Shown piece after piece: positions 49,712 to 54,138 of a DNA stretch of 54,138 bases. The number at the start of each line of letters is the position of its first letter. Positions within the stretch are counted from its first letter, which is position 1. Source of the stretch: Bacteroidota bacterium (GTDB taxonomy: Bacteria > Bacteroidota > Bacteroidia > Bacteroidales > GCA-2748055); assembly GCA_030631845.1 (NCBI GenBank), contig DAOVKJ010000003.1, positions 1 to 54,138 of the forward strand. The letters run 5' to 3'. The notes below the pieces were generated by a model that worked only from the letters and a program-made list of their open reading frames with translations, did no database searches and was not told the DNA's origin. The position numbers and the translations under genes were made by a program.

Positions 49712-50608
49712 ATGAGAAGGGTTACATACATCATATTGTTCACTATCGTTGCTGGTTCGACCGGACTGCAGGCACAACAAATGCCTCACTATACACAGTA
49801 TATGTTCAATGATTTTGTGATCAACCCGGCCATTGCCGGTGTTTATGATTACTATCAGATCCGAACCAATCACAGGTTTCAGTGGGTGGGACTCATGGAT
49901 CCTCCAATGACCAACTCCATCGCCTTTTATGGTCCGCATGACAAACTGGATATGGGCTATGGCGGATATGTGTACAGTGATGTTACCGGGCCTACCAGCA
50001 GGGCGGGAATCACTGGATCCTATGCCTATAATATTGCTGTGACAGGTGATATACGGCTCTCCATGGGTCTCTCTGCCAGCATCATGCAGTATCGTGTCGA
50101 TGGAACCCAGCTCAATCCGGCAGATGTGTCTGACCCCAGCATTCTCTCCGTAGTCAGTACCTCATACATGCCCGATGCAGGACTTGGCCTTTACCTCTAT
50201 GCCGATGAGTTCTATGTGGGCCTTTCAGTTGCCCAGCTTTTAAACAATAGTGTGAAGATCTTTGACAATAAGGACGGGGTGAACCGGCTGAAAACCCATC
50301 TCAACCTGATCGGTGCTTACCGCTTCTGGATCAATGAAGATTGGCTCATTGAGCCCTCCCTGATGGTCAAGGGTACCGCTCCGAAAGAACTCAGCTTCGA
50401 TCTTACCGCAAGAGTCGAGTGGCAGAAAATGCTCTGGGGTGCTGTTTCATACCGTTTCCAGGATGCCATTGGAATCATGGTGGGTTACAGTTTCGATGAA
50501 ATGCTCTTCTTTGGTTATGCCTACGACATCGGCATCTCCGCTATCCGGAAATACCAGACAGGATCGCATGAAATCATGATTGGTTATCGTTTTAATGATA
50601 TCAAGTAA
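49712..50608 (+). CDS. PorP/SprF-family protein, partner of the upstream type B cargo
   Basis: QQ.P.YTQYMFN...INPA.AG, R.QW.G, GYAYD and GSHEI motifs. Starts 1 nt after the adhesin stop. Confidence 0.92.
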   Translation: MRRVTYIILFTIVAGSTGLQAQQMPHYTQYMFNDFVINPAIAGVYDYYQIRTNHRFQWVGLMDPPMTNSIAFYGPHDKLDMGYGGYVYSDVTGPTSRAGITGSYAYNIAVTGDIRLSMGLSASIMQYRVDGTQLNPADVSDPSILSVVSTSYMPDAGLGLYLYADEFYVGLSVAQLLNNSVKIFDNKDGVNRLKTHLNLIGAYRFWINEDWLIEPSLMVKGTAPKELSFDLTARVEWQKMLWGAVSYRFQDAIGIMVGYSFDEMLFFGYAYDIGISAIRKYQTGSHEIMIGYRFNDIK

Positions 50609-50991
50609 TGTCGTGCCGACTTTGTAATCCAGTTCTTATTCTCATCCTGCTGGTGATAACTTTCACAGCCTGTCAACAGCAAAAAAGCATCACAGGAGAG
50701 GAGTTCATTGAACGTGAAGTGCTGGTGGACGTGCTGGTTGATATTCATCTGGCAGATGGTGTGACCAACGATCGAAAATTTCACAGGAAATATGATGTGG
50801 ACAGCATCGATATTTTATCACCGATCCTGGAGAAGCACCTGGTATCCCGTCAAATGTTCGATACCACCATGTTTGTTTACACCAGGAATCCGGAACTACT
50901 GGACCTGGTCTACAACGATGTATTGATAAAGCTGAATGTAATGCTGGATAAAAATAACAAGGAAGAGCCCGCTAGTACACCAGAATTGTAA
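50608..50991 (+). CDS. DUF4296-like lipoprotein
   Basis: Lipobox FTAC; LVDIHLADG, ILEKH..S...F and Y...P.....VY motifs. Confidence 0.75.
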   Translation: MSCRLCNPVLILILLVITFTACQQQKSITGEEFIEREVLVDVLVDIHLADGVTNDRKFHRKYDVDSIDILSPILEKHLVSRQMFDTTMFVYTRNPELLDLVYNDVLIKLNVMLDKNNKEEPASTPEL

Positions 50992-51577
50992 CCAGCACCA
51001 CTGCCAGACCAAGGAGAAATCCGGATAGTACCTCTCCCCATTGATCGCCCAGGGCCAGTCTTGAACTCCCCATAAGTCCCCCGGCAAACAGCGTAAGCAT
51101 CAGCAATCCCTGTAGCGGGGTCTCATATAAAAAAATCAATGCAATAATTAATCCTGTCACACCCCCCAGGGCTGCCGTATAGATAGAAACCCTGAATCTC
51201 AGGTTTAAAACCAACACCATAAAAAGTGTTCCTGTCACCGACAGCGTATAGGCATGGATCACATGGTTCAAAGGCAGCCTTCTGAAATAGATAAAGGTGA
51301 TGATATAAAGTACCAGTATGATGCTCTGTGGAATCAGTCGCTCCTCCTTTGTAGCAGCCTGTCCACTCCTTAGAACCAGGCTTCTGTAATGAAGGATCGG
51401 AAGCATCATCAATGGAAAAACCAGTGTTCCCAGTGCCATCACAAACATAATAGCGCGCTTGGCGGCCGGATCATGCAAAGAGAGATAAGTTCCCGAGTTC
51501 AGAATAATGAGCAGACCCAGGGAGGGCATAATCAATGGATGTAACAGGTAAGAGATAACCGGAGCTGCTTTTTTCAT
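50972..51577 (-). CDS. Integral membrane protein (PAP2-like remnant), unknown function
   Basis: ISYLLHPL.MP, ER..P and SSRL motifs with about six TM segments. Located downstream of rpoN. Confidence 0.75.
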   Translation of the reverse strand: MKKAAPVISYLLHPLIMPSLGLLIILNSGTYLSLHDPAAKRAIMFVMALGTLVFPLMMLPILHYRSLVLRSGQAATKEERLIPQSIILVLYIITFIYFRRLPLNHVIHAYTLSVTGTLFMVLVLNLRFRVSIYTAALGGVTGLIIALIFLYETPLQGLLMLTLFAGGLMGSSRLALGDQWGEVLSGFLLGLAVVLVTILVY

Positions 51578-51585
51578 ATCCTCCT

Positions 51586-53037
51586 CTAAAGTTCCTTTCT
51601 TAACCGGGCCACCGGTAATCCGAGCTGCTCCCTGTATTTGGCCACAGTACGGCGGGCAATCAGGTATCCCTTCTCATTCAAAATTCCCATCAACCGGTCG
51701 TCTGTAAGCGGCTTTCGCTTCTCCTCCTTATCGATACAGTCCTGCAGAATCTTCTTAATCTCCCTGGTGGAAACTTCCTCACCACTATCGGTTTGCATCC
51801 CCTCAGAGAAGAAATATTTCAGTGCAAAGATCCCAAAATGTGTCTGTATGTATTTGCTGTTCACTACCCTCGAGATGGTGGAGATATCCAGATCTGTCAC
51901 ATCGGCAATATCCTTCAGGATCATCGGGCGCATCCTGGTCTCATCTCCTTCATAAAAATAGTCCTTCTGATACTCAAGGATCGCATTCATGGTCAGCAAC
52001 ATGGTATTCTGTCGCTGTCGGATGGCATCGATAAACCACCTGGCAGAATCCAGTTTCTGCTTCACAAAAGTGATGGCATCCTTTTCGTCTTTACTGGCCG
52101 AAGCTTTATTGGCATTGTAGCTTTCAAACATATCAGAATAGGTCCTGCTTAGCCTGAGCTCGGGCACATTGTTTGAATTCAGGAATAGCCGCAGGTTACC
52201 TTCACTCTCCTCCAGGATAAAATCGGGAACAATATGGTGAAAGGACTTGGACTGGGAATCGCCCATGGCTCCTCCCGGTTTGGGATTGAGCCTCAATATC
52301 TCCTCCAGTGCAAACTTCAAATCCTCCTCTTTGATATTGAGCCGCTGGATAATCTTTTCATAATGCTTATTGGTAAACTCCTCAAAATTGTTTTTCAGAA
52401 TGGAGTGAGCCAGTCTGGTCACCGGTTGCTCAAGGTCCTTTCGTTCTATCTGGAGCAACAGGCACTCCTGCAGACTTCTTGCTCCCACGCCGGCGGGATC
52501 AAACTCCTGGATAATCATCAGAACCTCATGCAGCGATTCATAAGAGACTTCCAGACCTGAAGAGAAGGCCAGGTCGTCAGCTATGGCTTCCAGCTCCCTG
52601 CGCAGGTAACCATCATCGTCAATATTGCCAAGAATATATTCAGCCAGCATCACCTGTTCATCCGTGAGCCTTCTCAATCCCAGTTGACTCTTCAACTGTT
52701 CACGAAAGGTATTGCCCAAGGAAAAAGGGATCTCCTCCCGTTTTTCATCAGCAGAATAGTTCTGTGCATTCAATCTGTAACTGGGAATATCATCATCCTG
52801 CATATAATCCTCAAGTGAAAACTCCTCTAGCTGATCACCTGCCTGCTCCTCTTTTATCTCCTCTGCGTCGTTAAACTCCCCTTCATCGCTTCCCTCTTCC
52901 AATACAGGATTCTCTTCCAGTTCCTTTTTGATCCTCTGTTCCAGCTGAATAGCAGGTATCTCCAACAGCTTGATCATCTGGATCTGCTGCGGAGACAATT
53001 TTTGTAGTAATTTCTGCTGAAGCCTCTGTTTAAGCAT
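51586..53037 (-). CDS. rpoN: RNA polymerase sigma-54 factor
   Basis: Gln/Leu-rich region I, P.GVGARSLQECL, STISRV and the RpoN box ARRTVAKYRE. ATG at 53037. Confidence 0.97.
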   Translation of the reverse strand: MLKQRLQQKLLQKLSPQQIQMIKLLEIPAIQLEQRIKKELEENPVLEEGSDEGEFNDAEEIKEEQAGDQLEEFSLEDYMQDDDIPSYRLNAQNYSADEKREEIPFSLGNTFREQLKSQLGLRRLTDEQVMLAEYILGNIDDDGYLRRELEAIADDLAFSSGLEVSYESLHEVLMIIQEFDPAGVGARSLQECLLLQIERKDLEQPVTRLAHSILKNNFEEFTNKHYEKIIQRLNIKEEDLKFALEEILRLNPKPGGAMGDSQSKSFHHIVPDFILEESEGNLRLFLNSNNVPELRLSRTYSDMFESYNANKASASKDEKDAITFVKQKLDSARWFIDAIRQRQNTMLLTMNAILEYQKDYFYEGDETRMRPMILKDIADVTDLDISTISRVVNSKYIQTHFGIFALKYFFSEGMQTDSGEEVSTREIKKILQDCIDKEEKRKPLTDDRLMGILNEKGYLIARRTVAKYREQLGLPVARLRKEL

Positions 53038-53047
53038 CTTTTCTGTC

Positions 53048-54138
53048 TTAAAACTCTGCACTCCTTGGAGTACGCGGGAATGGAATGACATCCCTGATAT
53101 TACTCATACCTGTAATAAACATAATTAACCTTTCAAATCCTAATCCAAACCCACTATGCTCAACTGTTCCAAATTTACGCGTTTCCAGGTACCACCATAA
53201 TTCATCTTCGGGAATATCCATCTCTTTCATCCTGTTTTGCAACTTATTCAGCTCCTCCTCTCTCTGTGAACCTCCAATGATCTCTCCAATCATGGGGAAC
53301 AGCACATCCATTGCCCTGACGGTTTTTCCATCATCATTCTGCTTCATATAGAAGGCCTTAATATCCCTTGGATAATCGGTAAGTATAACCGGGCGTTTGT
53401 AATACTCCTCCACCAGGTATCTTTCATGCTCGGCCTGCAGGTCGAGGCCCCATTCCACCGGAAACTCAAATTTCTTATCAGCCTTCATCAGAATCTCAAC
53501 CGCCTCTGAATAACTCTTTCTTTCAAAGGGATGGTCCAGAACAAACCTCAAACGTTCCAGCAAACCTTTGTCAACCATCTGATTTAAAAACTCAAGGTCA
53601 TCCAGGCAGTGATCCAGGGTATACTTTATCAGGTACTTCAGAAAATCCTCTGCCAGGTCCATGTTGTCATGGATGTCGTAAAATGCCATTTCAGGCTCTA
53701 TCATCCAGAATTCTGCCACATGGCGGGGTGTATTGGAGTTCTCGGCGCGGAAAGTTGGACCGAAAGTATAGATGGACGAGAGTGCAAGGGCTCCCAGTTC
53801 ACCCTCCAGCTGACCGGAGACAGTAAGATTGGTTTGGCGTCCAAAAAAGTCCTGGTTAAAATCTATCTCCCCCTCTTCGTTTTTAGGGATTTGATCCAGA
53901 TCAAGGGTGGTTACCTTAAACATGGTTCCTGCTCCCTCGGCATCCGAAGCTGTGATAATAGGGGTGTGCAGACAGAAGAATCCTTTATCGTTGTAGTACT
54001 TATGAATGGCGTAGGCTAGGGCATGCCTGATCCTGAAGACTGCTCCAAAGGTGTTGGTCCGGAACCTCAGGTGTGCAATCTCCCTCAAAAATTCAAAGGA
54101 GTGTCCCTTTTTCTGCAAGGGATACAGTTCTGGATCGG
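53048..54138 (-). CDS. asnS: Asparagine--tRNA ligase, 5'-truncated by the window edge
   Basis: [44 protein letters not shown] and RDVIPFPR motifs. Confidence 0.97.
   Translation of the reverse strand, partial: DPELYPLQKKGHSFEFLREIAHLRFRTNTFGAVFRIRHALAYAIHKYYNDKGFFCLHTPIITASDAEGAGTMFKVTTLDLDQIPKNEEGEIDFNQDFFGRQTNLTVSGQLEGELGALALSSIYTFGPTFRAENSNTPRHVAEFWMIEPEMAFYDIHDNMDLAEDFLKYLIKYTLDHCLDDLEFLNQMVDKGLLERLRFVLDHPFERKSYSEAVEILMKADKKFEFPVEWGLDLQAEHERYLVEEYYKRPVILTDYPRDIKAFYMKQNDDGKTVRAMDVLFPMIGEIIGGSQREEELNKLQNRMKEMDIPEDELWWYLETRKFGTVEHSGFGLGFERLIMFITGMSNIRDVIPFPRTPRSAEF

Noticed and set aside
50972-50991. 20-bp overlap of convergent genes
   Set aside because: A short tail-to-tail overlap is common and implies no special mechanism.

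Overview
Chromosomal segment of a Bacteroidota bacterium, most likely Bacteroidales/Marinilabiliales-like. The assignment rests on TAnnTTTG promoters, a type IX secretion (T9SS)/gliding operon and typical gene order. Left to right: the end of a nucleotide-sugar cluster (wbpE-, wbpD-, wbpB- and wbpO/wbpA-like genes, galE, rfbB); glmS, a DUF4270 lipoprotein and a half-length glycogen-synthase-like gene; panC-panD, a flippase-like gene, rfaE2 and radA; PBP1A; topA, an arginase-fold gene, porP and gldKLMN; manC; mlaEF; a three-gene envelope operon of unknown function; a TonB-dependent receptor and ung; a roughly 3 kb accessory patch (membrane TPR protein and ORF6N protein); trpS; rbfA, a methyltransferase and a lolE-like gene; a SprB-repeat surface protein with a type B CTD and its PorP/SprF partner; a DUF4296 lipoprotein; rpoN; and a partial asnS. 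I saw no tRNA, rRNA, CRISPR array or intact transposase. Most of the window is conserved housekeeping. The best leads are a candidate sigma54-dependent small RNA right after ung, a perfect 25-bp palindrome inside the ORF6N gene with a degenerate upstream copy, two probable pseudoenzymes at conserved envelope loci, and the uncharacterised envelope operon. All family calls come from motif recognition, not database searches.
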